Assembly (NCBI GenBank): GCA_964249785.1 | Contig: CAXUDZ010000007.1 | Coordinates: 3,437 to 35,766 of the forward strand | Origin: an uncultured Abditibacterium sp. | GTDB lineage: Bacteria > Armatimonadota > Abditibacteriia > Abditibacteriales > Abditibacteriaceae | Direction of reading: 5' to 3' | Length of the DNA stretch: 32,330 nt | Shown: positions 10,108 through 19,158 of the stretch, piece after piece | Position numbering within the stretch: the stretch's first letter is position 1 | Layout: every line of letters starts with the position of its first letter | Notes under the pieces: model-generated | What the model saw: the letters and a program-made list of their open reading frames with translations, nothing else | What the model was told of the DNA's origin: nothing | Database searches by the model: none | Made by a program: the position numbers and the translations under genes

Positions 10108-10538
10108 GCGAAAAGATCGAGTGGGAAGCGCGGCGCGTGGCAACGGCGTTCGGGGTGAAAGAGTGGCAAGCCGATGAAAGTCCCAACCAGAGACGCGGCG
10201 TTGGCGAAGCAGGTCTGGTCGTTGTTTGGGGCATTGACTTCGAGACGGCGCGGTTTATCGGTGTCCAAATTAATGGCCCTGGCAAGAAGGTGTCGACCAT
10301 TTATGATGAAAGTTGGATTGACCCCGATATTTCAGTCAGGCCATTTTGGAACTGCTCGTTTTCTACGGCAACGGCTTTTTTTATGGCGCGCGGCCTTTAC
10401 CGTTTAGGCATTGAAGAGGAAGATGCGCTCATGAAACTTAACTCTCCGCTCACAGCCCACGAACAACTCGAACTGCGCCTCTCGATGCCGCGCGAGTTCT
10501 GGCCCAAGAAGTGGCAGAATGAAGCAAACGGAACATAG
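10089..10538 (+). CDS. Hypothetical protein (149 aa), paralogue of 13910-14338
   Basis: N-terminal MEPEDLSEKIEWEARRVATAFG and C-terminal MARGLYRLG...LTAHEQLELRLSMPREFWPKKWQ align with the 13910 ORF. Confidence 0.8.
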   Translation: MEPEDLSEKIEWEARRVATAFGVKEWQADESPNQRRGVGEAGLVVVWGIDFETARFIGVQINGPGKKVSTIYDESWIDPDISVRPFWNCSFSTATAFFMARGLYRLGIEEEDALMKLNSPLTAHEQLELRLSMPREFWPKKWQNEANGT

Positions 10539-10614
10539 CCAAACCCCGCTCTCGACCATCAGATTCCCACTTTGGAGCTAATGAGAACGGCGCGAAGCGC
10601 CACACTTTGCGTTT

Positions 10615-11640
10615 GTGAAAATCGCGCTCACCTCGTTGTATTTGCCGTCTGGTTCGAAAATTGGCGTGGGCTATGTGGTTCACGCGCTCGCCAATCAACT
10701 GGTTTCGCGCGGGCATGAGGTGACTGTGTTTTCGGGTTGCGGGCCATCGGATGGGGCGCTTTACCGAACTGTGTGGGTGGCGCCGCGCGCGCGGATGTCC
10801 ACCTTTGGCTTTGCGCTTGATTTGCGGCGCGTTGATTTTTCGGGTTTCGATGTGCTCAACGCGCACGGCGATGACTGGTTTTTGTGGGGGCGCAAACGCC
10901 CGCGCCACATCCACACCTTTCACGGCTCGTGCTTCGCCGAAATGCTGCATTCGGCCAACGCCAAACGCGCGCTTCGCATGGGAATGTTGGCGGCGTGCGA
11001 GGTGTCGCCCGTGTTTTTGGCCGATGTTCGCACCGCCGTTTCGAGCGCCACGCGCCGCTTTGTGCCGCGCGTGGAACACATCATTCCCAACGGCGTGGAC
11101 ACGCGCGCTTTCGCGCCCGGCGCGTTTCGAGCAAACCCCGCGCGGCCCACGATTTTGTTCGTCGGCTCGCTTTACGGGCGAAAACGCGGCGATTTGCTCG
11201 TCAAAACCTTTCGAGAATTTGTTTTGCCGCGCGTTCCAAACGCCAGGTTGTGCGGCGTGTGCGACCCGCCCGATGATGCGCGACCCGACTCGGAAGAATG
11301 GACGGGACGACTTCCTCAAGACGAACTCGTTGCCCGCTTCAAGAACTCTGATGTGTTTTGTTTGCCCAGTTCGTATGAAGGATTCGGCGTGCCTTATATC
11401 GAAGCGATGGCGGCGGGACTGCCCGTTGTCGCGAGTCGAAACGACGGCGCGCGCGAAGTTTTGCGTGAGGGAAAGGACGGGATTTTGAGTTCGGACGAAG
11501 AGTTGGGCGAGCATCTGGTGCGCCTGCTTCAAGATGCCCATGAGCGAGAAATCTGGCGCGAGCGCGGGTTGCTTCGCGCGCGCGACTTCGATTGGGAGCG
11601 CGTCACCGATCAGTATCTGGCGCTTTACCAAGCGCGATAA
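10615..11640 (+). CDS. Glycosyltransferase family 4
   Basis: GTG start, MKIALTS...LANQLVSRGHEVTV, IPNGVD, LFVGSL..RKRG and EGFGVPYIEAMAAGLPVV. Confidence 0.93.
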   Translation: MKIALTSLYLPSGSKIGVGYVVHALANQLVSRGHEVTVFSGCGPSDGALYRTVWVAPRARMSTFGFALDLRRVDFSGFDVLNAHGDDWFLWGRKRPRHIHTFHGSCFAEMLHSANAKRALRMGMLAACEVSPVFLADVRTAVSSATRRFVPRVEHIIPNGVDTRAFAPGAFRANPARPTILFVGSLYGRKRGDLLVKTFREFVLPRVPNARLCGVCDPPDDARPDSEEWTGRLPQDELVARFKNSDVFCLPSSYEGFGVPYIEAMAAGLPVVASRNDGAREVLREGKDGILSSDEELGEHLVRLLQDAHEREIWRERGLLRARDFDWERVTDQYLALYQAR

Positions 11641-11644
11641 TTGG

Positions 11645-11788
11645 AAAGGCGCTGTGACACAGAGAACGCAAAGAGCCGCAAAGAATACAGAGAAAGATTC
11701 AGGAAAAAGCATGGATTCGCGCGACTTTTCTTTCCTCTCCCTTTGCGCGCTCTGCGGCTCTTTGCGTTTTCTGTGTCACAGCGCCTTT
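11645..11788. repeat. Long junction inverted repeat (39-bp arms) with 9-nt-periodic CGCAAAGAG-type subunits; MITE/REP-like
   Basis: AAAGGCGCTGTGACACAGAGAACGCAAAGAGCCGCAAAG (11645-11683) matches the reverse complement of 11750-11788 at 37/39. Confidence 0.85.
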
Positions 11789-11979
11789 GAACAGCGCCCT
11801 TGAAAAGTGGGCTGACAGCGCCAACGGCAGAAGTGTTGTTTGGAGAAAACCGCTTTTGGTGCGAAGAGCGTTTGTGTTTTTCACGCTTTCGAGCGCCCGA
11901 TTTTGTCGCGGTGCGTGGGCACTTCCCGCACACTTGAGCGCGCAATTGCAAATGCCCTTTCCCCGCACCGGAACCTTTT

Positions 11980-13272
11980 ATGCGTGATTTAGTTTTTGTG
12001 TCTCTGGAACCCTGGAACGCCATCTGGCGACGCAATCAGTTCCTGTGCGCCAGGCTCGCCGAGCGTTTCCCTGCGATGCGTCTGCTTTTTGTCGAGCGCC
12101 CGGAATTGGCGCCCTCGATCTGGAAAAGCGGCAAGCGCGGCCCGACCTTTTCCAAGCGCCTGCGCCGCAGCGACGGCGGGCCCAATGTGCGCGCCTTCAC
12201 GCCCATCAAGCCGCTTCCCAATCCGCTTCCCGGCGGGCGCGCGTGGAACGAACATTCCATGAAAACGCAAATCGTGCGCGCCGCCAAAACAGCGGGACTG
12301 CGCGACCCGCTTTTGTGGCTCAACCCGTTTGATTTCAGCTTTTTGATCGGCGCTCTGAACGAACGCGGCGTGATTTACGACATCACCGACGACTGGGAAC
12401 TCGCCGCCCCAAACGCAAAAGAACAAACGCGCATCCACGACCTCGACCGCGCCCTGTGCCGTCGCGCCGATTTGACAATTGTCTGTTCGGGCGCCCTCTT
12501 CAACTCGCGCGAACCGGTTGCCAAACGCTTGCTGCTTTTGCCAAACGGCGTGGACGCGGCCCACTACCGCGATCTATCCGAGCGCGACCGCAGAACACGC
12601 GGCCACTTCGACCAAAACGGCGCCTTTGTGAGCGACGAAGAGTTGCCGGTTGCGCCTTCGCAGGGCGCTTTCGACACGGCTCATTGGCCGCGCCCGGTGT
12701 TTGGTTACACAGGTTCGCTTCATCCCGAACGCATCGATCTGGAACTGGTCAAAGCTTTGGCGCGCGCTTTTCCCAAAGGCCGCGTCGTGCTCGTCGGGCC
12801 AAACCACTTTGGCGGCGATTCGTTGCAACGCGAACTGAAGGATTTTCCCAATGTTTTGGCGCCCGGAGCCGTCGCCTACTCTTCGATTCCCGATGTCATG
12901 GCCGGATTTGACGTGTGCATCGTGCCGCATCAACGCAGCGAATTTGTCGAAAGCCTCAACCCGATCAAGCTGTGGGAATTTTTGGCGGCGGGCAAACCGA
13001 TTGTGTCCGCCGATGTCGCCGGATTCCGCGATTTTCCGGGTTTAGTTCGCCTGGCAAGCGATGCGCCCGCGTTTGTGGAAGCGTGCCGCGACGCCTTGCA
13101 AGAAGTCAACGCCTGCGCGGGCCACATTTCTCCGGTGCCGTGTCAACTGGAACCGCGAAGGCGCGAAGCCTTGGGTCATTCGTGGCGCGCGCGAACCGAT
13201 GAACTGGTGGACGAACTGGAACGCGCCCATCTCATCGAACCCGAACTGTCCCCTTTGGAAGTGACTTCGTGA
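11980..13272 (+). CDS. Glycosyltransferase (GT-B, GT4/TuaH-like)
   Basis: W...WRRNQFL, YDITDDW, LLPNGVD, FGYTGSL..RID and [17 protein letters not shown]. Confidence 0.9.
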   Translation: MRDLVFVSLEPWNAIWRRNQFLCARLAERFPAMRLLFVERPELAPSIWKSGKRGPTFSKRLRRSDGGPNVRAFTPIKPLPNPLPGGRAWNEHSMKTQIVRAAKTAGLRDPLLWLNPFDFSFLIGALNERGVIYDITDDWELAAPNAKEQTRIHDLDRALCRRADLTIVCSGALFNSREPVAKRLLLLPNGVDAAHYRDLSERDRRTRGHFDQNGAFVSDEELPVAPSQGAFDTAHWPRPVFGYTGSLHPERIDLELVKALARAFPKGRVVLVGPNHFGGDSLQRELKDFPNVLAPGAVAYSSIPDVMAGFDVCIVPHQRSEFVESLNPIKLWEFLAAGKPIVSADVAGFRDFPGLVRLASDAPAFVEACRDALQEVNACAGHISPVPCQLEPRRREALGHSWRARTDELVDELERAHLIEPELSPLEVTS

Positions 13273-13835
13273 GCGACCGCACCCCTTTCGCGCGCATCTC
13301 GATGGGTTTGTGGCGCAGATTTCGGCGCGCGAGTTTGAAACTGCGCCATCCAAACGCGCATTTGGGACGCGGTTGCGACATCCGTTGGGGTCTTCGCCTC
13401 GCCCTGTCGCCGCGCGGCAATCTGCAAATCGGCGAAGAAGTCGTTTTCGAGCGCGACGCCACGCTTGAATGTGGCGGCGAGTTGCTCATCGGCGCGCGCA
13501 CAATTTTCGGCCATCACTGCACCGTCGCGGCGAAAGAGTCCATTCGCATCGGCCACGATTGTTTGATCGCCGAAATGGTTTCGATCCGCGATCACGATCA
13601 CCGATTCGACGACTTTTCGGTTCCGATACGCGAACAAGGTTCGGCGTGCGCGCCCGTTGTGATTGGCAATGGCGTGTGGCTGGCCGCGCGCGTGGTGGTC
13701 GTCAAAGGCGTCACGATTGGTGACAACGCCATCATCGGCGCGGGCGCCGTTGTGACCAAAGACGTGCCCGCCGGAGCCATCGCCGTGGGTGTCCCGGCGC
13801 GCGTTGTGAAGATGCGACCGGGCGCACCTCCTTGA
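13269..13835 (+). CDS. Acyltransferase, hexapeptide-repeat (left-handed beta-helix, maltose/galactoside O-acetyltransferase-like)
   Basis: [52 protein letters not shown] overlap with the upstream GT. Confidence 0.92.
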   Translation: MSDRTPFARISMGLWRRFRRASLKLRHPNAHLGRGCDIRWGLRLALSPRGNLQIGEEVVFERDATLECGGELLIGARTIFGHHCTVAAKESIRIGHDCLIAEMVSIRDHDHRFDDFSVPIREQGSACAPVVIGNGVWLAARVVVVKGVTIGDNAIIGAGAVVTKDVPAGAIAVGVPARVVKMRPGAPP

Positions 13836-13909
13836 AAAGCGGTTCGCAACCTTTTCGTTCGGGCATTGTGCCAGATCGTTTTTTCCTTTGGTTTTTTGAA
13901 CATCAGCTT

Positions 13910-14338
13910 ATGGAATTTGAACCTTTGAACGAGAATTTAGAGTGGGAGATGCGTCGTATAGCAGCGGCGTTTGGGATGCCCAACTGCGAGAGTGGGATGC
14001 AAATGGTGCACAACAACGGTCACATCTTTTTTTTCAAAAGTGAACTTAGTCTTGAAGTGCATTCACATGATTACGTGATAGACACTTTGCAAGTAGGCCG
14101 AAGGCAAGGCGAATACTGCGAGGTCTGGAGAAATGACGACACCAACGATTGGTGTATTGTTGGCGAGCCGCAGAATATGTGCAACCTCATGGCGCGTGCG
14201 CTCTACTGTCTGGGGTTTGAAGATGAAGAAGTTTTTGCGGAGCTTAAGTGTTCGCTTAGTGCCCACGATAAGATGGAATTCCGTCTCTCGATGCCCCACG
14301 ATTTCTGGCCCCAGAAATGGCAAGACGAAGCACAGTAG
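13910..14338 (+). CDS. Hypothetical protein (142 aa), AT-richer, paralogue of 10089-10538
   Basis: ATG 13910. MEFEPLNENLEWEMRRIAAAFG ... MARALYCLG...LSAHDKMEFRLSMPHDFWPQKWQDEAQ. Confidence 0.8.
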   Translation: MEFEPLNENLEWEMRRIAAAFGMPNCESGMQMVHNNGHIFFFKSELSLEVHSHDYVIDTLQVGRRQGEYCEVWRNDDTNDWCIVGEPQNMCNLMARALYCLGFEDEEVFAELKCSLSAHDKMEFRLSMPHDFWPQKWQDEAQ

Positions 14339-14461
14339 GGTAGACACCGATAATCGTGCAATGGCGCATCAAGCGTCAATTTGAAGTGCCTTCTTGTTTT
14401 CTCCCATACCTTCGCCTGCAATCCGCTTGAAACGTCGCTTTGCCACACTCTGGCGCGTCAG

Positions 14462-15478
14462 ATGCCCGCTTTCGATTCCTCATCTTCCCCTCGCCCGCTC
14501 CTGTCGGTTGTAATCGTGTCGTTCAACACGCGCGACACAACGCTCAAGTGTTTGCGCGAACTTCAAAGCGATTTAGCCCAGCTTTCGGATGAGGCCGAAG
14601 TGTTCGTGGTGGATAACGCCTCGCACGACGGCAGCCCCAAAGCCATTCGCGCCGAGTTTCCGGGTGTTCACCTTCTCGAATCCGGCACAAACGAAGGGTT
14701 TGGCCCCGCCAACAACCGCGCTTTTGACATGGCGCGCGGCGAGTTTTTCTTGCTGCTCAACTCCGATGCCTTTGTTCATTCGGGCGCAATTGGAACGCTC
14801 GTTGATTTTCTGCGCGACCCGCAAAACGAGCGCGTGGGCGGCGTCGGGCCGCGACTGCTCAACAAGGATGGAACGCTTCAAGCCTCGTGCTGGAAATTCC
14901 CATCGCCCGCGCGCGCCTGGCTCGAAGCGCTCGGCGTGGCGCGCGTTTTTTCGGCGCATCCGAAACTGGGCGATTATTACCGCTGGTCGCACGATACCCG
15001 GCGCGAAGTGGATTTCGTCATCGGCGCCTGTTTGCTGGTGCGACGCGAAGTTTGGGAAGAAGTCGGCGGTTTCGATCCGGAATTCTTTCTTTACGCCGAA
15101 GAAACCGACTGGCAAAAACGGATGTTGTCGCACGGTTGGAAAATCGCGTTTTGTCCCGACGCGCTTGTAACTCACCTGGGCGGCGCGTCGGGCGCAGCGG
15201 ATGCGAACAAAACTTCCAATCTGTTCTGGCAGGGGCAAGAACGGTTCATCTCGAAACACTTCGGCGCGCGCGGCTGGCTCCTGTTTCGCGGCGCACTTTT
15301 TGTCGGTTCGCTTGCACGCGGCGCGGCATTGGTCGCCCTGGCGCTGCATCCGAAAAAGCGGCGGCCTTCGCGCGCGCGTTTGAAGTTTTTCGGCTGGCAG
15401 TTGAATCGTTTGCTTTCGACACAAGCGCCCGTTACGCGCAGGAGTGGAGGAGTGGAAGAGGGGGAGAAGGGGAGATAA
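14462..15478 (+). CDS. Glycosyltransferase family 2 (GT2, WbbL/rhamnosyltransferase-like)
   Basis: LSVVIVSFN, VVDNASHDG, NEGFGPANN, LLLNSDA and GGFDPEFFLYAEETDW. Start ATG 14462. Confidence 0.93.
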   Translation: MPAFDSSSSPRPLLSVVIVSFNTRDTTLKCLRELQSDLAQLSDEAEVFVVDNASHDGSPKAIRAEFPGVHLLESGTNEGFGPANNRAFDMARGEFFLLLNSDAFVHSGAIGTLVDFLRDPQNERVGGVGPRLLNKDGTLQASCWKFPSPARAWLEALGVARVFSAHPKLGDYYRWSHDTRREVDFVIGACLLVRREVWEEVGGFDPEFFLYAEETDWQKRMLSHGWKIAFCPDALVTHLGGASGAADANKTSNLFWQGQERFISKHFGARGWLLFRGALFVGSLARGAALVALALHPKKRRPSRARLKFFGWQLNRLLSTQAPVTRRSGGVEEGEKGR

Positions 15479-15543
15479 ATTTGAGTTGCGAGGGAAAAGA
15501 AAAGCCCGATGCGAAGCGTCTCCCTCTCTCCACTCGCCCACTC
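15442..15543. repeat. Junction inverted repeat of purine-rich and pyrimidine-rich 8-mer-like subunits
   Basis: GAGTGGAGGAGTGGAAGAGGGGGAGA (from 15442, inside the GT2 3' end) pairs imperfectly with TCTCCCTCTCTCCACTCGCCCACTC (15519-15543). Confidence 0.65.
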
Positions 15544-15552
15544 TTTTGAATT

Positions 15553-16983
15553 ATGGATTTCTCCTTTCTCATCATCGGCCTGATCTACGCGGGCGCGTTT
15601 TGGGCGCTTTCGTGGCGCTATCCGCCCCTCGCGCTGGCGCTTGTGTTTGCGACGGCGCCGTTTCAAAACGACCTGTCGGGCGGGGGCAGCGTGAAGTTTT
15701 CCTTTGCCGAAATCAACCTCGTTTTGTCGCTCCCGCTGTTTGGCGCGATGCTTCTGGCGGGCGTGCGGCGGGCGCGCGTGTGGCCCCTGTTTTGGCCGTC
15801 GCTGCTTTACACCTTTGCGTGCGTGGCCTCATCGTTTGTGGTGTGGCGCGCGGGTTCGGCGCCCTCTTCGTTTGTGCAGATGCTTTTGTTTTTGTTCGTC
15901 GTGGTGCCGGTTTTCGCGCTGTTGTCGCGCCGTCCCGATGACCTGAAGCTGGCGCTGTGGGGACTTATCGGCGTGGCGGGCACCATGGCGCTGGTGCAGG
16001 CGGCTCTTCGCGCGCAAACCGTGTTCGCCATCAACAAAAACGGGTTGGGCGGCTCGTATGCGTGCGCGCTGATTGTGGCCGTTGAACTGTGGTTTCACTA
16101 TCGCCTGCGCCCCACGCGCCACAAGTTCGCCTTACTCGCGCTTATGGCCGTCATTTCCGTCGGGCTTTTGCTCACGCTTTCGCGCGGCGGCTGGTTGGCG
16201 GCGACGTGCGGCATCGTTTTAGTGGCGTCGTTGCGGCGCCAATTCGTTCTTTTGGGCCGCGCGGCGGTTATCATGGTGCCGCTTTTGGCGGTTGCGTGGT
16301 CGTCTCTTCCGTCCGAATCGCGCGAATACGCTTCGAGCGTGAGTTCCACACGCGGCAACATCAAACAGCGCTACCTCAACTCGGACGTGGCGCTTGGGCA
16401 CTGGAAAAAGAACGTCCTGTTCGGCGACGGCATGGGACTTCGCAAAGAGATCGATGCGACCAACCTCGTCGTGTTCGCGCTGGGCGAAACCGGCCTGTTT
16501 GGACTGGTCACGTTTTGCGGAGTTTTCGCCGCGTTTTTCACCTCGCTGTGGCACGCGCGCGCCCGTTTGCCGCGCGACGAATTCGCGTTTTCCCTTCTGT
16601 GCATCGGCGGCGGCTTGATGTTGTCGCGCTTAACGCAAGGCATGGTTGACCACTACTGGGCGCGCGGCCCGACGATGATGGCGTGGGCCGCAGCGGGCAT
16701 GGCGACGGGCGCGCTGTGGTATGTGCCCGAAGGCACCGGCGACAAACTCAAACGCGCGCGCGCCCTGCTCTCGCTTCACCTGCTCGAAACCTTGCGGCGA
16801 AGCCGAAATGGAACATCGTCTCTGCCAAATTTGTCGCGCTCCGAACTTGAAGCGGCCAAGCGCGCTTTAACACTGGTGAAAGAAGGCGGCATCAAGACCG
16901 CTTCCTCGCCCCAAACGCGCGCCATGCGGGAACAGGCCGCGCTTCGAGAATTCGCCAAACGTGTGCGCGATGGTGGTTCCTGA
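15553..16983 (+). CDS. O-antigen ligase/polymerase family membrane protein (probable Wzy of this cluster)
   Basis: About 11-12 TM segments, NKNGLG, LLLTLSRGGW, periplasmic R, LFGDGMG and LGETGLFGL. Charged C-terminal tail. Confidence 0.85.
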   Translation: MDFSFLIIGLIYAGAFWALSWRYPPLALALVFATAPFQNDLSGGGSVKFSFAEINLVLSLPLFGAMLLAGVRRARVWPLFWPSLLYTFACVASSFVVWRAGSAPSSFVQMLLFLFVVVPVFALLSRRPDDLKLALWGLIGVAGTMALVQAALRAQTVFAINKNGLGGSYACALIVAVELWFHYRLRPTRHKFALLALMAVISVGLLLTLSRGGWLAATCGIVLVASLRRQFVLLGRAAVIMVPLLAVAWSSLPSESREYASSVSSTRGNIKQRYLNSDVALGHWKKNVLFGDGMGLRKEIDATNLVVFALGETGLFGLVTFCGVFAAFFTSLWHARARLPRDEFAFSLLCIGGGLMLSRLTQGMVDHYWARGPTMMAWAAAGMATGALWYVPEGTGDKLKRARALLSLHLLETLRRSRNGTSSLPNLSRSELEAAKRALTLVKEGGIKTASSPQTRAMREQAALREFAKRVRDGGS

Positions 16984-17123
16984 AGCGCTCATCTGAAACG
17001 CCGCACTCGCAAGCGGCACGCGGCGCGTGACCATCGTTGCATTTTTCATCTGCCAAGGGGTTGCGCGAACTCAAACACCCCAACGGCAATTCTGGCGCTA
17101 ACATCTCTCCATCACTCTCTTTT

Positions 17124-18293
17124 ATGCACCTCGATCCCTCTTCCAATTCCAGGCGCGCAACTCCACTTCGCGTGGCCCTTCTGCTCGACACGCGCGCGTG
17201 GGCCGGAACCGAATCTTATGTGTTGTCCCTTGCGCGCGCCCTTCAAGCGCTTCCCGCCGACGACCGGGCGCGCGGCGTTCGCGTTTGGGTGGCCACGCCG
17301 CGCGCCTCGGCGCTGTGGAAGCGCGCGCGCGCCGCCAGCATCTCGACTTTTGCCATTGGCAGGCGCGGCGAATGGGATCCGTCCACGGTGTGGCTGCTCG
17401 CGCGGCGACTCAAGCGGCGCGAACTCGACATCATCCACGTTCACAACGGGCGAACCGCGCTGTGGGGCGCGCTCGCCGTCAAATTGGCGCGGCGCGGCGC
17501 GTGCATCTCGACCCAGCACTTCATCGAACCGGCACACGCGGGCGAGACGGGCTGGAAAGGCCGCCTGAAAAGCGCGGTTCATCGCCAGTTGGAAAGCGGC
17601 GTGGCCCATCACATCGCCATCTCGCACGCAGTGGCGAACGCCTTTTTGGGGCGCAGTCATCTCGCTGATGATCTTGTGACGGTGGTTCACAACGGCATCG
17701 AAGTTCCCACGAAAGCGCCCGAACTCGCGCAAATGCCGCCCGAACTGTGCGCCGATGTCGCGTGTATAGCGCGTCTGGAAGAAGAAAAAGACATTCCCAC
17801 CCTGGTTCGCGCCCTCGCTCTGCTCAACGCGCGGCGCCCGCAATCGAGGCGCGTGCGCGCCGTGATTGCGGGCGAAGGACAGCAGCGCGCGGCGTTGGAC
17901 GCGCTCGTCAAAGAAGAGAACGCCGGAGAATTCGTGTTTCTGGCCGGTTGGACGCCGCACGCCGCCGCGATTTTGCGTGGCGCCAAAGTCGCGGTTTTGC
18001 CGTCGGTCGCTGAACCGTTTGGTCTGGCGCTGTTGGAAGCGATGGCGCAGTCCAAACCGGTAGTCGCCGTCAATGCCGGTGGCCCGCCCGAAATTGTGGT
18101 GGAAGGCGAAACCGGCTTGCTCGTCCCGCCGCGCGATCCGGGCGCTTTGGCCGATGCGCTCGAATGTTTGCTCGACAATCCAAATCGCGCCGCGCAAATG
18201 GGTGAAACGGGGTTCAAGCGGCTAAGCGAATGTTTCCAGTCCGAGCGCATGGCGCGCGAAACGCTCGCCGTCTACCGGAGCGTGGGCGCGTAA
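17124..18293 (+). CDS. Glycosyltransferase family 4
   Basis: AGTESYV, DIIHVH, VVHNGI, IARLEEEKD and EPFGLALLEAMAQSKPVV. Start ATG 17124. Confidence 0.92.
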   Translation: MHLDPSSNSRRATPLRVALLLDTRAWAGTESYVLSLARALQALPADDRARGVRVWVATPRASALWKRARAASISTFAIGRRGEWDPSTVWLLARRLKRRELDIIHVHNGRTALWGALAVKLARRGACISTQHFIEPAHAGETGWKGRLKSAVHRQLESGVAHHIAISHAVANAFLGRSHLADDLVTVVHNGIEVPTKAPELAQMPPELCADVACIARLEEEKDIPTLVRALALLNARRPQSRRVRAVIAGEGQQRAALDALVKEENAGEFVFLAGWTPHAAAILRGAKVAVLPSVAEPFGLALLEAMAQSKPVVAVNAGGPPEIVVEGETGLLVPPRDPGALADALECLLDNPNRAAQMGETGFKRLSECFQSERMARETLAVYRSVGA

Positions 18294-18299
18294 CGATTC

Positions 18300-18917
18300 A
18301 TGACCACCCATTCGACCCAAACCCATGCGCCTTCCTTTGCGTTCGACGATGGAAGCGCCTTGAAATTGTGGGATTTGATGCGCGCCGATTTGAAAGGCAT
18401 GGTGATCGACAGGGGTCATGGGCGCCCCAAATACGCTCTCGAAGTCGCGCTTAAAACGCTGCTTTACCCGCGCATTCGCTGCGTGTTGCTGTTTCGCCTC
18501 AGTCAGTGGGCGTGGCACAACCGTTTGCCGCCGCTCGCGTATTGGCTGATGGGCGTGGAACTGAAAATTGCGGGCGCCGAAATCCATCCCGGCGCCCGCA
18601 TCGGGCCGGGCTTCTGCCTGGTTCATTCCAACGGCGTTGTGATCGGCGACCGCGCGCGCATCGGCGCCCACTTCATCTGTTTTCAGGGAGTCACCGTCGG
18701 CGATTCCGGCAAAGGCGATGGCCAGCCCGTTATGGGCAACTGGGTGAAAGCCTCGGCGGGCGCGAAAATCTTGGGCGGCATCGAAGTTGGCGCGGGCGCC
18801 GTCGCGGGCGCCAATTCCGTCGTGTTGCGCTCGGTTCCCGTTGGCGGCGTCGCTGTGGGTGCGCCTGCGCGCGTTGTGCGAACCCGCGCCGTTGACGAAG
18901 ACGGCAAACCGCTTTAG
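18300..18917 (+). CDS. Serine O-acetyltransferase-like (CysE/WcaB-type) hexapeptide acetyltransferase, likely polysaccharide O-acetylase
   Basis: GAEIHPGARIGPGFCLVHSNGVVIG, QGVTVG and GANSVVLRSVP...VGAPARVV. Confidence 0.88.
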   Translation: MTTHSTQTHAPSFAFDDGSALKLWDLMRADLKGMVIDRGHGRPKYALEVALKTLLYPRIRCVLLFRLSQWAWHNRLPPLAYWLMGVELKIAGAEIHPGARIGPGFCLVHSNGVVIGDRARIGAHFICFQGVTVGDSGKGDGQPVMGNWVKASAGAKILGGIEVGAGAVAGANSVVLRSVPVGGVAVGAPARVVRTRAVDEDGKPL

Positions 18918-18998
18918 GCACTTTGCTTCCAGAAGAAAGGGAGAAAAGTTGCCACTCTGGTTAGCCGTAGCGCTTCGCGCCACCGAAGGCACGGAGGC

Positions 18999-19158
18999 CT
19001 TCCCCCACTACAAAGTGGCAACTCTTCGAACGCAAACCGCTGCCATAGCGCGTCACAAAATCCACTTCCCCCACTACAAAGTGGCAACTCTTCAAGCGCA
19101 CGACCTAACGCGGCACGACGAAGACGAACCTTTCCCCACTACAAAGTGGCAACTCTTC
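18999..19158 (+). repeat. CRISPR-like mini-array: 3 x 29-bp repeat CTT(C/T)CCCCACTACAAAGTGGCAACTCTTC with 37- and 36-bp spacers; no cas genes in window
   Basis: Repeats at 18999-19027, 19065-19093 and 19130-19158 (one mismatch). Internal hairpin CCACT-ACAA-AGTGG. Partial inverted copy at 18943-18959. The repeat is certain but CRISPR status is doubtful. Confidence 0.75.

Noticed and set aside
9652-14338. Diversity-generating retroelement explaining the variable paralogues
   Set aside because: No reverse transcriptase and no near-identical TR/VR pair with adenine-specific differences.
9571-14461. Classical integron cassettes (attC) for the inserted small ORFs
   Set aside because: No clear RYYYAAC...GTTRRRY attC sites after the ORFs and no integrase in the window.
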